NCBI GenBank assembly: GCA_964016885.1
Contig: OZ024748.1
Span: 15,438,001 to 15,502,000, forward strand
Origin: Eledone cirrhosa
Taxonomy: Eukaryota
DNA: 64,000 bases
Reading direction: 5' to 3'
Positions 1 through 15,469 of the stretch are shown here, piece by piece. The position numbers were made by a program, and so were the translations under genes. A model generated the notes under the pieces. That model made no database searches. It was given only the letters and a program-made list of their open reading frames with translations, and was not told where the DNA came from. Every line of letters begins with the position of its first letter. Position 1 is the stretch's first letter.

Positions 1-16
1 CATATATATATATGTT

Positions 17-52
<36 letters not shown>

Positions 53-145
53 TATGTGTAAATATATGTGTATAAATATATATATATGTGTATAAATATA
101 TATATATGTGTATAAATATATGTATATATACATATATATATATAC

Positions 146-198
<53 letters not shown>

Positions 199-2445
199 CA
201 TATATATGTACATATATACATATATATATATATACATATATACATATATATATATATACATATATACATATATATTTATACACATATATATATATACACA
301 TATATATATACATATATATATAAACATATATATACACACACATACATACATATATAATACACACACACATATATATATATATAGAGAGAAACACACATAT
401 ATATGTATATATACATATATACATACATATACATATATATAAACACGCACACATATATATATACATACATATATATACTCTTTTACTCTTTTACCTGTTC
501 CAGCCATCCGGCTGAGGCCATACTGTGGCACCGCTATACATATGTATATAAACACACACACACAAACACGCACATATATAAACACACACACACATATATA
601 TATATATATACATACATACATATAAATATATATACATATATATAAACTCGATATTCTAAGCCAAGAAATAGCAGTTACAACTAAAGAGGAAAAATCTTTG
701 ACAAATCATACTTTCTCATTCCACTCTAGATATATCCATGTGGTTCCATTTATCTTCCTCTTCCCCCTATCACTTCACCATTTCTATCTCATACCCACCC
801 CACTCTCTTTATTCCTTCACCTTCTCTTTCTTCTCTTCAAACTTTCCATCTTCTCTACCTCATATTTCTCCCCAATTTCAGAAATTCTTTGCATACATAA
901 TTTATTTCTTACTCAAACATTCATTTCCGCCACCTACAAAACTAGTATATATACTTTCAATACATCAGATACATACATATACACATATGTACATGAGCCT
1001 ACAGAGTGATGCATGCTGAGTTGTATAATTGCAGGACCAACAACACACAATAAGTGTTTTAAGACCATTTTTCTCTGCTAAAGCTGTGGTTAATGGCTCG
1101 TTGGCCTCCCATGACAAGCTTCTCCACTTTATTTTCTATATCCACTTTCACCAGCTTTTATTTCCTCCTCCTATCATTTAGCCATGTCTTTCTTGATCTT
1201 AACCCTTCCTCTACATTCATTTTCATCATGCCTCTCACCTAATCGTTTTCATCCTTCCTCCACACATGACCCAGACATCCCTTCATTTTATTTCTCTTCA
1301 CATCATTCATCCCTGCAACATGTCGACCCTTTTCATGGACAATGGCCATGCTGGGGAGACAATGGCCATACAAGGGATTTAATTATTCATGTCAATCCTG
1401 GTTTTACTGGTTTCAGTCAGTTCATTACTCTATTAATTGCTCTAATCAATCGACAAAATCCCAAACCTCATTTGTTTGCCAAGTGGGGTGGAACTCGTCA
1501 ATCAAACCAAAGAAGAAACAATGTTCCCATTGGTCTTTCCATTGCTGATACTATCTACCAGTCACAACTCCAACACACAATGTAAATGGCAATCAAAGAG
1601 TGTGTAAAGCATCTGATCACTTATGATCGTTTCATCCTAGCACAAGGCTCTGTAGTATACTTGTTATTTTACATTGAGTGTTTTTCATACTTGTAACTGG
1701 GTAAAATAGCAATAATTATATATATATATATATATTATTCAAAATATCAACAAATGAAAAATATTCTCATAATCAAAATATATACTTTATATATATATTT
1801 CAAAGGTACTGTGTTGTTTTTTCAGTACGTCCTCATCAGACAAAATATATGATTTGATATATGACATATAAATATATATACACACAAACTCATATACACA
1901 TTTATATATATATATATATATATACTACAGACTTCCACACAGTTTTCATCATCATCATCACATCATCGTTTAACATCCATCTTCCATGCTAGCATGGGTT
2001 AGACGGTTTTGTTCCATTTGATGCAGGAATGGTCAGGGGACCATGCCTCTCTGAAGACATCAGAAGACACTTGTCCAAGATGCCATGCTATGAAGCCACA
2101 ATGTTGTGAAATGAACTTATTAACCACCAGCCCATCTACCCATTGCCTGTGTCCTTAGATTATATATAGATGTTCTATAACACCTATATACATTACTATA
2201 TACACTATTGCACATATTGAATATTATATTACACATCTGTTCCAATATCACTGCATACATACTATATAGATTCTTTGAGAGTAGGTGAGGGGGGTGAGGG
2301 AGAGATAGATAGAAAGAGAGAGGAAGATAGAAATAGAGAGGGGAGAGAGAGAGAGGAAGGAAGAGAGAGGAAGAGAGAGGGAGAGAGAGGAAGAGAGAGG
2401 AAGAGAGAGGGGAGAGAGAGGGGGAAGATAGATAGAGGGGGAGAA

Positions 2446-2484
<39 letters not shown>

Positions 2485-2826
2485 GAGAGAGAGAGAGAGG
2501 AAAAAGAGAGAGAGAGAGGAAAAGAGAAAGAGGAAAAGAGAAAGAGGGAAAGAGAAAGAGGGAAAGAGGAAAAGAGGAAAGAGGAAGATAGAAAGAGGGA
2601 GGAGGGAAGAGGGGGAGAAAGGGAGAGAGAAGGGGAGGGGGGGGGGAGGAAGGGATGAGAGAGGGGGAGGGGGTGGAGGAAGGGAGAGAGAAGGGGAGGG
2701 GTGAGGGGGAAGAGAAAGAGAGGAAAGAAAAGAGAGGGAAAGATAAGTTAGAAGGAGGAAGGGAGAGGGAGGAAAAGAGAAGAAGGAAGAGAGAAAGAGA
2801 GAGAATGAAACATTCTACAGAGACTT
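1..2826. repeat. Copy A of a ~2.8 kb direct duplication (copy B at 6051-8793), ending at the assembly gap
   Basis: Unique sequence 640-2280 matches 6705-8345 almost base for base; differences are mainly single-base indels (e.g. gcaacatg vs gcaaccatg) and microsatellite length. Confidence 0.95.
1784..1846 (-). ncRNA. Hammerhead ribozyme motif, type I (duplicate at 7851-7912; same family as 31154-31218)
   Basis: Reverse complement reads UUUUGU-CUGAUGA-GGACGUACUG...CAGUACCUUU-GAAA-UAUAUA-UA. Confidence 0.65.
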
Positions 2827-3026
2827 NNNNNNNNNNNNNNNNNNNNNNNNNNNNNNNNNNNNNNNNNNNNNNNNNNNNNNNNNNNNNNNNNNNNNNNNNN
2901 NNNNNNNNNNNNNNNNNNNNNNNNNNNNNNNNNNNNNNNNNNNNNNNNNNNNNNNNNNNNNNNNNNNNNNNNNNNNNNNNNNNNNNNNNNNNNNNNNNNN
3001 NNNNNNNNNNNNNNNNNNNNNNNNNN
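2827..3026. other. Assembly gap (200 N)
   Basis: Run of exactly 200 n. Confidence 1.
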
Positions 3027-3494
3027 AGTACGGCCACTACTTTATATCCATGTAGGAGAACCCCTACCGATGCGCTGAACGAGTGTGACTTTTGAGTCCA
3101 GCCAGCGACTTGAAAACTCTGGTACAACACTAACTAACTACAAAAAAATATAATAATAGATTAATACACTTGTGACAATTATTGACACATAGTGCTGGGC
3201 CCATGGTACCATGTGACGACAAGTGCAGAGAGATCTCCAGATATAAAGCAATGCCTGTGCCATGAAGCTTTTTATAGTGAGCAAAGGCACTGCACAAAGC
3301 CAGTCCCACTCTCTTAACCAAGATGATATTTACCAAAAAGAAGAACAAGTCAACATCATTGGATACCATCAGGGTTGCAGGTGTTATATCAGAGTTTTCC
3401 TTCTCCTAGAATTCTGCCTTGACAAAGGCTAAGGGGTCATCTCTCCCGGTGATTTTGGATGGCCATTGACTCTTAAGAGCTCCTTTGCCCTTTG

Positions 3495-4899
<1,405 letters not shown>

Positions 4900-4900
<1 letters not shown>

Positions 4901-5265
4901 AAAGGAGCAAAGATTGGGAATACGGAAGATGATGTGGTTGAGAGGAAGAGCAAGGCCTGGGCGGCGTGCCACAGCTTGAGATCGGTGTGGAAGTCGGACC
5001 TTCGTAGAGACCTGAAAATCCGCCTCTTCATTGCTGTAGTGGAGTCTGCGCTGCTGTATGGGTCTGAGACTTGGACATTGACCAAGAAACTCACTCAGAT
5101 GGTGGATGGGTGCTACACGAGAATGCTGAGGATGGCTCTGAACATTAATCAGTATACACTGAGGATGAAAAACTCAGAGCTGTATGGGAGCATCCCAAAA
5201 GTCAGCTCAAAAGTGACACAGAGGAGACTGAGGTTAGCTGGATAAGCTCACCGACATCCAGAGTT
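4900..5265 (+). mobile_element. Non-LTR retrotransposon (RTE-like) fragment from the region after the RT domain
   Basis: Translation ...LKIRLFIAVVESALLYGSETWTLTK...CYTRMLRMALNI...QRRLRLAG contains the LLYGSETW and RRLRLAG motifs typical of RTE-clade LINE ORF2; flanked by (TA)n. Confidence 0.88.
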
Positions 5266-5331
5266 GACATATATATGTATATATATATATATGTATATAT
5301 ATGTATATGTATATATATATATGTATATATG

Positions 5332-5363
<32 letters not shown>

Positions 5364-5369
5364 TATATA

Positions 5370-5911
<542 letters not shown>

Positions 5912-5914
5912 GTA

Positions 5915-5965
<51 letters not shown>

Positions 5966-5968
5966 GTA

Positions 5969-6063
<95 letters not shown>

Positions 6064-6066
6064 GTT

Positions 6067-6102
<36 letters not shown>

Positions 6103-6201
6103 TATGTGTATATATATATATGTGTATAAATATATATATATGTGTATAAATATATATATATGTGTATAAATATATGTATATATATACATATATATATATA
6201 C

Positions 6202-6256
<55 letters not shown>

Positions 6257-7850
6257 CATATATATGTACATATATACATATATATATATATACATATATA
6301 CATATATATATATATACATATATACATATATATTTATACACATATATATATATATACACATATATATATACATATATATATAAACATATATATACACACA
6401 CATACATACATATATATATATACACACACACATATATATATATATAGAGAGAAACACACATATATATGTATATATACATATATACATACATATACATATA
6501 TATAAACACGCACACATATATATATACATACATATATATACTCTTTTACTCTTTTACCTGTTCCAGCCATCCGGCTGAGGCCATACTGTGGCACCGCTAT
6601 ACATATGTATATAAACACACACACACAAACACGCACATATATAAACACACACACACATATATATATATATATACATACATACATATAAATATATATACAT
6701 ATATATAAACTCGATATTCTAAGCCAAGAAATAGCAGTTACAACTAAAGAGGAAAAATCTTTGACAAATCATACTTTCTCATTCCACTCTAGATATATCC
6801 ATGTGGTTCCATTTATCTTCCTCTTCCCCCTATCACTTCACCATTTCTATCTCATACCCACCCCCACTCTCTTTATTCCTTCACCTTCTCTTTCTTCTCT
6901 TCAAACTTTCCATCTTCTCTACCTCATATTTCTCCCCAATTTCAGAAATTCTTTGCATACATAATTTATTTCTTACTCAAACATTCATTTCCGCCACCTA
7001 CAAAACTAGTATATATTAACTTTCAATACATCAGATACATACATATACACATATGTACATGAGCCTACAGAGTGATGCATGCTGAGTTGTATAATTGCAG
7101 GACCAACAACACACAATAAGTGTTTTAAGACCATTTTTCTCTGCTAAAGCTGTGGTTAATGGCTCGTTGGCCTCCCATGACAAGCTTCTCCACTTTATTT
7201 TCTATATCCACTTTCACCAGCTTTTATTTCCTCCTCCTATCATTTAGCCATGTCTTTCTTGATCTTAACCCTTCCTCTACATTCATTTTCATCATGCCTC
7301 TCACCTAATCGTTTTCATCCTTCCTCCACACATGACCCAGACATCCCTTCATTTTATTTCTCTTCACATCATTCATCCCTGCAACCATGTCGACCCTTTT
7401 CATGGACAATGGCCATGCTGGGGAGACAATGGCCATACAAGGGATTTAATTATTCATGTCAATCCTGGTTTTACTGGTTTCAGTCAGTTCATTACTCTAT
7501 TAATTGCTCTAATCAATCGACAAAATCCCAAACCTCATTTGTTTGCCAAGTGGGGTGGAACTCGTCAAATCAAACCAAAGAAGAAACAATGTTCCCATTG
7601 GTCTTTCCATTGCTGATACTATCTACCAGTCACAACTCCAACACACAATGTAAATGGCAATCAAAGAGTGTGTAAAGCATCTGATCACTTATGATCGTTT
7701 CATCCTAGCACAAGGCTCTGTAGTATACTTGTTATTTTACATTGAGTGTTTTTCATACTTGTAACTGGGTAAAATAGCAATAATTATATATATATATATA
7801 TTATTCAAAATATCAACAAATGAAAAATATTCTCATAATCAAAATATATA

Positions 7851-7912
7851 CTTTATTATATATATTTCAAAGGTACTGTGTTGTTTTTTCAGTACGTCCT
7901 CATCAGACAAAA
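7851..7912 (-). ncRNA. Hammerhead ribozyme motif, type I
   Basis: UUUUGU-CUGAUGA-stem II (GUACUG/CAGUAC)-GAAA-UAUAUA-UA-AUAAAG. Confidence 0.65.
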
Positions 7913-8344
7913 TATATGATTTGATATATGACATATAAATATATATACACACAAACTCATATACACATTTATATATATATATATATATATACTACAGACT
8001 TCCACACAGTTTTCATCATCATCATCACATCATCGTTTAACATCCATCTTCCATGCTAGCATGGGTTAGACGGTTTTGTTCCATTTGATGCAGGAATGGT
8101 CAGGGGACCATGCCTCTCTGAAGACATCAGAAGACACTTGTCCAAGATGCCATGCTATGAAGCCACAATGTTGTGAAATGAACTTATTAACCACCAGCCC
8201 ATCTACCCATGCCTGTGTCCTTAGATTATATATAGATGTTCTATAACACCTATATACATTACTATATACACTATTGCACATATTGAATATTATATTACAC
8301 ATCTGTTCCAATATCACTGCATACATACTATATAGATTCTTTGA

Positions 8345-8490
8345 GAGTAGGTGAGGGGGGTGAGGGAGAGATAGATAGAAAGAGAGAGGAAGATAGAAAT
8401 AGAGAGGGGAGAGAGAGAGAGAGAGAGAGGAAGAGAGAGGGGAGAGAGAGGAAGAGAGAGGGGAGAGGGGGGGAGATATATAGAGAGGGG

Positions 8491-8557
<67 letters not shown>

Positions 8558-8772
8558 AGAAAGAGGAAGATAGAAAGAGAGAGGGGGGAGAAAGGGGGAG
8601 AGAAAGGTGGGGGGAGATGGAGGGATAGAGAAGGGGCGGGGAGATGGAGGGATAGAGAAAGGAGGGGGGAGGGGGGAAGAGAAAGAGAGGAAAGAAAAGA
8701 GAGGGAAAGATAAGTTAGAAGGAGGAAGGGAGAGGGAGGAAAAGAGAAGAAGGAAGAGAGAAAGAGAGAGAA
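8345..8772. repeat. GA-rich purine tract/(GA)n (duplicate at 2280-2805)
   Basis: Seen directly. Confidence 0.95.
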
Positions 8773-8949
8773 TGAAACATTCTACAGAGACTTCATCATG
8801 TGTCCTCTTAACTTCATCTTCTGCAGCCAATCACTGTGGACAAATCTCACCTTTCTCAACTGCCTCATTTTTCAATGTCTTCTTCACACTGTGCTGTGTT
8901 TTTTATTGTTACTGTTATGGTTTTGTTGTTTTGTTTTGTTTTGTTTTGT

Positions 8950-9845
8950 GTGGTGATGGTGGTGGTGGTGGTGGTGATGGTGGTGGTGGTGGTGGTGGTG
9001 GTGATGGTGGTGGTGGTGGTGGTGGTGGTGGTGGTGGTGGTGGTGGTGATGGTGGTGGTGGTGGTGGTGGTGGTGGTGGTGATGGTGATGATGGTGGTGG
9101 TGATGGTGGTGGTGGTGGTGATGGTGGTGATCATGGTGATGGTGGTGATCATGGTGGTGATGGTGATGGTTGTGTTGGTGATGATGGTGATGATGGTGGT
9201 AATGATGATGATGGTGGTGGTGGTAATGATGATGGTGGTGGTGATGGTAATGATGATGGTAGTGGTGGTAATGATGGTGATGGTGGTGGTGGTAATGATG
9301 GTGGTGGTGGTGGTATTGATGATGGTGGTGGTGGCGGTGGTGGTAACGATGATGGAGGTGGTGGTGGTAATGATGATGGTAGTGGTGGTAATGATGGTGG
9401 TGGTGGTAAGGTGGTGGTGGTGGTAATGATGATGGCGGCGGTGGTAATGGTGAGGATGATGATGATGGTGGTGGTGGTGGTAATGATGACGGTAGTGGTA
9501 GTAATGGTGGTGGTGGTAATGGTGATGGTTGTGGTGATGATGGTGATGATGGTGGTGGTGACGATGATGATGATGGTGGTGGTGGTGGTAATGATGGTGG
9601 TGGTGGTAATGATGATGGCGGTGGTGGTAATGATGATGGTGGTGGTGGTAATGGTGGTGGTGATGGTTGTGGTGATGATGGTGATGATGGTGGTGGTGAC
9701 GATGATGATGATGGTGGTGGTGACGATGATGATGATGGTGGTGGTGGTAATGATGATGGTAGTGGTAGTAATGATGATGGTGGTGGTGGTAATGGTGGTG
9801 GTGATGGTTGTGGTGGTGTATGATGGTGGTGGTGGTGATGGTAGG
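8950..9845. repeat. (GGT/GAT/AAT)n trinucleotide repeat field
   Basis: Seen directly; source of spurious poly-G/V/H/T ORFs. Confidence 0.95.
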
Positions 9846-10884
9846 AAGGATGTAGTTACATGTATGGTGTGTTGGTGGTTTCTTGAAGCTAGGAATTATT
9901 GTAATGTTTGAGTTCATAATTATATCTAGTCATCTACACAATCTCACATCTCACCACACAGTAACACCAATTAACCCTACACCTAGTACCATCACTGCCA
10001 CCACACATGGTTTTTTTCCTCTCTCTTTCTATTCCTCTTCTCCCCCACAATCTATCTTTCCCACCTCATGCCCTTTTTCTCTTGAAATATTTTTATCTCT
10101 CCTTTGAACGCAGCATGGGTTCAATCCCTATGCATGGCATCTTGGATAAGTCATCATCATAATCATCATCATTTTACGTCTGTTGTTCCATGTTTGAATG
10201 GGTTGAAACAGGTCCACTTGTCGCGATCTTTTGTCATCTCCGCCATGATCTTTACCATAGCCTCAGGCTGACCCAATCCTTGTGAGTGAATGTTGGTGGA
10301 CAGAAACTGTTTAGAAGCCTCTTGGATGGACTGTATATGTAAATTCAAAGGTCCAAACTCTTCATTCTCTGTCCTATTGATTTCACATGAGAATTATATC
10401 AAGGGAACTCATGTCTGCAGATAACTCAGCCACATTGCCCATCAATTTATTGAGTAAGTTGTTTGTTTGGTCAAACAACTGGATGCTCTTATGGCATTCT
10501 TAACAGGAGATTCCATCATATATGTAGATGTGTGTTAGTGCATGTGTGTGCATATGTGTGTGTTAGTGTGTGTGTTTATTTGCCACCATCATAATCATCA
10601 CTATTTTACATTTGTTTTCCTTACTGGCATGGTTTTGATGGGTCATCAGTGTTTGGGTAGGTCATTAAAGACAGATTTGATGGAGAATCTGGTGTAGATT
10701 CTACAACTAGATGCCCTTCATAACATTAACATCTTTACATCTATCATGGCATCAACACTAGATAGATTCTCAAGACCTTGACAGGACTACAGGACCATAT
10801 ATATACATGTCAGCTGGGCATTGGAAGAGTAACATCAAAACCTGCCCAGAACATATCACATATTGAACAAATGATTATAGAATA

Positions 10885-10943
10885 TCTGTCTGATGAGGTA
10901 ATATCTATTACACAATAGATACCATTGAAATATACATAATAGT
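10885..10943 (+). ncRNA. Hammerhead ribozyme motif
   Basis: UCUGU-CUGAUGA-GGUA-AUAUCUAUU-acac-AAUAGAUA-CCAUU-GAAA-UAUACA-UA-AUAG. Confidence 0.65.
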
Positions 10944-11550
10944 AACAAAGTATTCAACAAAATGATATAAGAGTGAAATACACAGACTTCTTCATTATAT
11001 ATATATAATCTTTTTATCGGGTTTCTTTCCCTATTTTCATATGAGTCCTCAATCTCTCACCAATGTTTCTAGACTTTTACAATCCTATCTTCAATATGTA
11101 TGTTTTTACATTGTTGTATTAGCCATACAACGCATTCCTGCAGGCTTACCATACACATACAATAAGAAGCAATTATTGCAACACACTACACCACACTCCA
11201 CAAAAAAAAAAAATAGAAAATAAAATATTAATCAATAGTACATCCATGCTATATAGGATTCCTCACCACGGCAGAGGGTTAATTATAGAAGCATTTCTTA
11301 TAACACAGCATAGTACAATAGTAAAATAAATACACAGATAAGATAACATACAAATGTAATAACTAAAATAAACACACGACTGATGATTCGTAAATCAAAT
11401 ATTGAAAATTTGTAGATAATTCTATACAAATTTCATGCACCTACTATAAAAGAGCCAACAACAGAAACCAACAATACCTCACATCCTGAAGATGAGATTG
11501 TGAAAGTCTAGAATTTTTTTTAGTTTATGTATTTTTAATACAACACAAAG

Positions 11551-11815
11551 AGAGTCTGTTTCAAGCCTATAGATTCATTAGGCTGGTGTTAGGCAGTATT
11601 AGGCAACCGAGGGTTGATGATAGAAAGCCAGTCCATTATAGAGGTAAACCCTCCCCATCCACCTTTTGCTAGTACTCATTTTCAACTCAGTGGACGGTGG
11701 CAAGATGAAATGAAGTGTTTTGCTCAAGGATGCAATGTACTATCTCGTACAAGAATTGAAACCAAAACATTACAACTGTAAGTCCAAACCCTAATCAATT
11801 ACGCCACATGACTTC
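11551..11815 (-). mobile_element. tRNA-derived SINE, family B (diverged)
   Basis: Reverse-complement similarity to 53911-54200. Confidence 0.7.
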
Positions 11816-12111
11816 ACTTATCTTGAGATCCTTTATGAGGCAATCTTTTACAACCAGAATACCTTTCCTGGCCAAAGGGCAGATTAAGCTTGTATGGAAG
11901 CTCTGTCTGAAAATTCCATTGAAGACTTTGCACTAAACATCCTGTGATTCATTTAGGTTTAATATATTAGTATATATTGACTACACAGTCAACCAACATC
12001 CGACCCTCAACCCACTACCTAATCAGTCGCTGTTCCTGGGAACAACACCTTTCTAGTTGCTTCTTATGGTACATGGGGATATGGAACAACAATTCTAAAC
12101 TGGATAGTATG

Positions 12112-12395
12112 TCTAAAGTCTGTCTCAAGCCCGGAGGTTCATAAGGTCAGTGCTTATCTTGATTTCCATGGGGTAAAGCGACTGAGGGTACAAGACGCCC
12201 CCCTCCCTAGACAGGATGCCAGTTCATCACAGGGTTAAACCCCCAGCTATTGCTGATACTCATTTTCAACTGAGTATATTGGAGCAACCTAAAATGAAGT
12301 GTTTTGTTCAAGAACACATCACAACACGCAACCCAGTCCAGGAATTAAACACACAACATTAAGATCATAAGTCCAACACCCTTACCACTAAGCCT
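12112..12395 (-). mobile_element. tRNA-derived SINE, family B
   Basis: Reverse-complement similarity to 53911-54200, including the A-box region (ggcttagtggtaagg) and the agactttaga tail. Confidence 0.8.
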
Positions 12396-12746
12396 CTAGC
12401 CAACTGAATACTATACACAAATAAATACATAATTAAATATACAAAAAAAAAATACAAGATAAACACCAGAGTAAGGATGAGGCTGTATAGTTAGTATGGA
12501 AAATGTAAATCTTTTATAACATAACTAGAACTGATGTTTTCAAAGAGTGGAGAAGATGAGAGAAGATGAGAGAAGATGAGAGAAAAAAATGAAAATAAGA
12601 TTATGTAATGGAATGAAAGTATTTTGAGTGTAAAACAGACAAAGGCAAAGTTTCTTTCTGATAAAAAGATGGAGAATTTTTTTCTTTATTGTCATTCATA
12701 TTTTTCTTTGTATATGTATGTAAGAAGAACAGTGAGATAACTATTA

Positions 12747-12789
<43 letters not shown>

Positions 12790-13006
12790 TGTATTATTAA
12801 GGAGGAAGATATAAATAATGAGAAAGTATTGTGTATTATTAACAATATCATTAATATGTTGTAGTAGTAGTAGTAGTAGTAATAGTAGTAGTAGTAGCAG
12901 TAGTAATGATAGTACTAATCATGTTTAGTAGTGGCTTATTCCAACTGTACGGTGATATTAGTAAAGTGGTTCCTTTAAAGTTCTATAAAATACTAGAGTA
13001 TTACTG

Positions 13007-13056
<50 letters not shown>

Positions 13057-13854
13057 TATATATATATACACACACACATAAGTATTCTTATCTATATTCT
13101 GAACTACTTTAAGAACAGATATTATAGCATATACTATAAAATGATAGATTATGTGTGATTATTGTTGTTGTATTTGGTTATCTCCAGGTAGCTCTGACTG
13201 AGCAGATCTATGATCAAATATATTCCAACTGTGACAATAAAATAGATTTTCATTTCATTTCATTTCGTTTTTTGTTAAAGGGTGTGTGTGAGTATTTGAA
13301 GGAATCCATTGTCTTAATGCAGACCAAGCCTTAGTTAAGACAATATGATGTGATTTCAGGAAGATTTGGCTGCTTTTTCTAGCAGCTTAAGTTAACATGT
13401 AAAGTAGAGTCCTCACATATTTATCTGTGGCAGTGGTGGTAATGGATAGTGGGAGAAAATTATTGCATTTGTAGGCATATAACAAGCAAGCTAAATATGT
13501 TACACACTCATACAATATATTCTAAGTATTCATAATTTTTGAAATAACCAAACCATTTATTACAATAAATATATAGTTTTGAAACTTCATATTGATGACA
13601 TCCACAAAAAAATCTTAGAAAATAGATAAAATAAATCTGTATGTTTTATACATATCTCTCTCTCTCTGCTAGCACGGAAAATGGATGTTATATGATGGTG
13701 ATGGTGATGATACATCAGTACCTATAATTGAGGTTTATCCTGTGTTTAACTGACTGAAGAACTCCAAAACAACAAGATATAGGATCAGCCTCAATAAACT
13801 TATCATCATCATTGTTTTATGTCGTTTTCCAAGCTGATATGGGTTATATGATGC

Positions 13855-14293
13855 CTATGTGAGGAGCGTGATGCTGCATGGTAGTGAGGCATGGGCAGCA
13901 ACTGCAGAGGATATGTGGTGGCTGGAGAGAAATGAGGTAAGCATGTTCTGTTGGATGTGCAATGTCAATGTGCGTGAACGACCCAGCATGAATGTCTTGA
14001 GAGAGAAACTGTCTGAGAGGGATAGAATGTAGTGTGCAAGAGAGGAGACTGAGGTGGTATGGACATGTGATGCACATGGAGGATGAAGTGCCAGGAAATG
14101 CCAGTTGAAGGAAGATGTGGTAGCGGTAGACCACAAAAAACATGGGCAGAGGTGGTGAGAACAGACCTCAGATTACTGAAGCTCACAGTGAAGATGACGA
14201 AGGACCGTGACAAGTGGAGAGATGATGTGCTGAATAAGACCCGTCCCACCCTTGCAAGCAAGGAAAAACGGACGTAAATTGATGATGATGATG
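13855..14293 (+). mobile_element. RTE-clade LINE 3' end, frameshifted, with (GAT)n tail
   Basis: Motifs MLHGSEAW, RRLRWYGHV and EGRCGSGRPQKTWAEVV, followed by the tail cgtcccacccttgcaagcaaggaaaaacggacgtaaattgatgatg. Confidence 0.9.
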
Positions 14294-14744
14294 ATATATA
14301 TATATATATAGTAAAGTTATAGCAATAGTGTCTATGTAACATTGGTAAAACACTGTCTGATTTACAAGTCATCCAAAGTGCAGAATCAAATACCTTTATT
14401 TTGTACCATTAGTTATGACAGTTACTTATAAGCTTTGCCTTTATGCATTCCTAATGATATCAAACAGAACTCTATATATATTTGTGTTTGTGTGTTTGTA
14501 TGTATGTGTTAACTGGTAAATTATTGTATGTTTTACAGTATGATCCTATTTGGCCACCCCTGTGTAACAACAACTACAAAATAGACTATATATATATATA
14601 TGCATGCATGGTCCTGTAACTCCCAAGGAAGCCATAGGAGGACTGTATTGACATATAGCATTTCTAGGGAATTTTAAAAATAAACCTGGCAGAGCCTCAT
14701 CTCCTCTCCAGGTCTGGATACAGCAGATTTCTTCCAGTTAAAAA

Positions 14745-14900
14745 GAGATATAGAGGAAAAGTCGACCCTAGTAATAGACTGGTACTTTTTTTTTATTGAC
14801 CTCGAATGGATGAAAGGCAAAGTTGACATTGGCAAGATTAAACTCAGAGAGCAAAGAGCCGAAGAATGCAAAGCATTCTATCCAACTACCAATTCACCAC
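14745..14900 (-). mobile_element. SINE family A, diverged fragment
   Basis: ctggtact...ttattgacctcgaatggatgaaaggcaaagttgac matches family A. Confidence 0.65.
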
Positions 14901-15469
14901 CCTGGGCTATATATATAAGAATATACAAGGAAAGTCAAAATTAGCTTACTAGCTAACTCTTAAGAAATGTGAATAAAAAAAGCAAACTATAGTGATATTA
15001 AAGCCCCTTTGATACCCAGCGATTTCAAATTGTCTCTGGTTCCATGATAAAACTGTCCATTTTAACTCTGTTGATACCAATACAATCAAAACCAGCTCTG
15101 GTTCTATGAAACAAAACAACACATTTTAAAGGGTCCCTTTTTGAATTAATATTTTCTTACCATATGTTAAGTTACTATCTTAGTCAAGAAATAATCAAAA
15201 CTTTTAGTATATCTCTCAAAATTCCTCACTGATTAATTGAAATAGTATATTTTATTTGAAATACAGTCATGAATGGGTTAAAGTGTTCTTATCTTCCATC
15301 ATAATATTATGTAAGAATTTTGTTATGTTATGTTATGTTATCATAATGTTATGTACGAATTTTGTTATGTTCGTAACACCAACTTAATGGAAAAAACATT
15401 CATGTTTTGATCAATTTCAAAATTAATTAAAACGGATTCTATGTATCTTATGGTTACAAAAGCGTTTAA

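Larger units (their letters stand above)
6051..8793. repeat. Copy B of the ~2.8 kb direct duplication
   Basis: Matches 1-2826 and continues into unique sequence after ...tctacagagactt. Confidence 0.95.

Noticed and set aside
8851-8893. Minus-strand exon ending AAG|GTGAGA
   Set aside because: The upstream acceptor region is A-rich with no polypyrimidine tract, and there is no homology support
8607-9917. 434-aa Gly/Asp/Val-rich and 350-aa His/Thr-rich ORFs
   Set aside because: Trinucleotide repeat open in several frames on both strands; no splice or domain evidence
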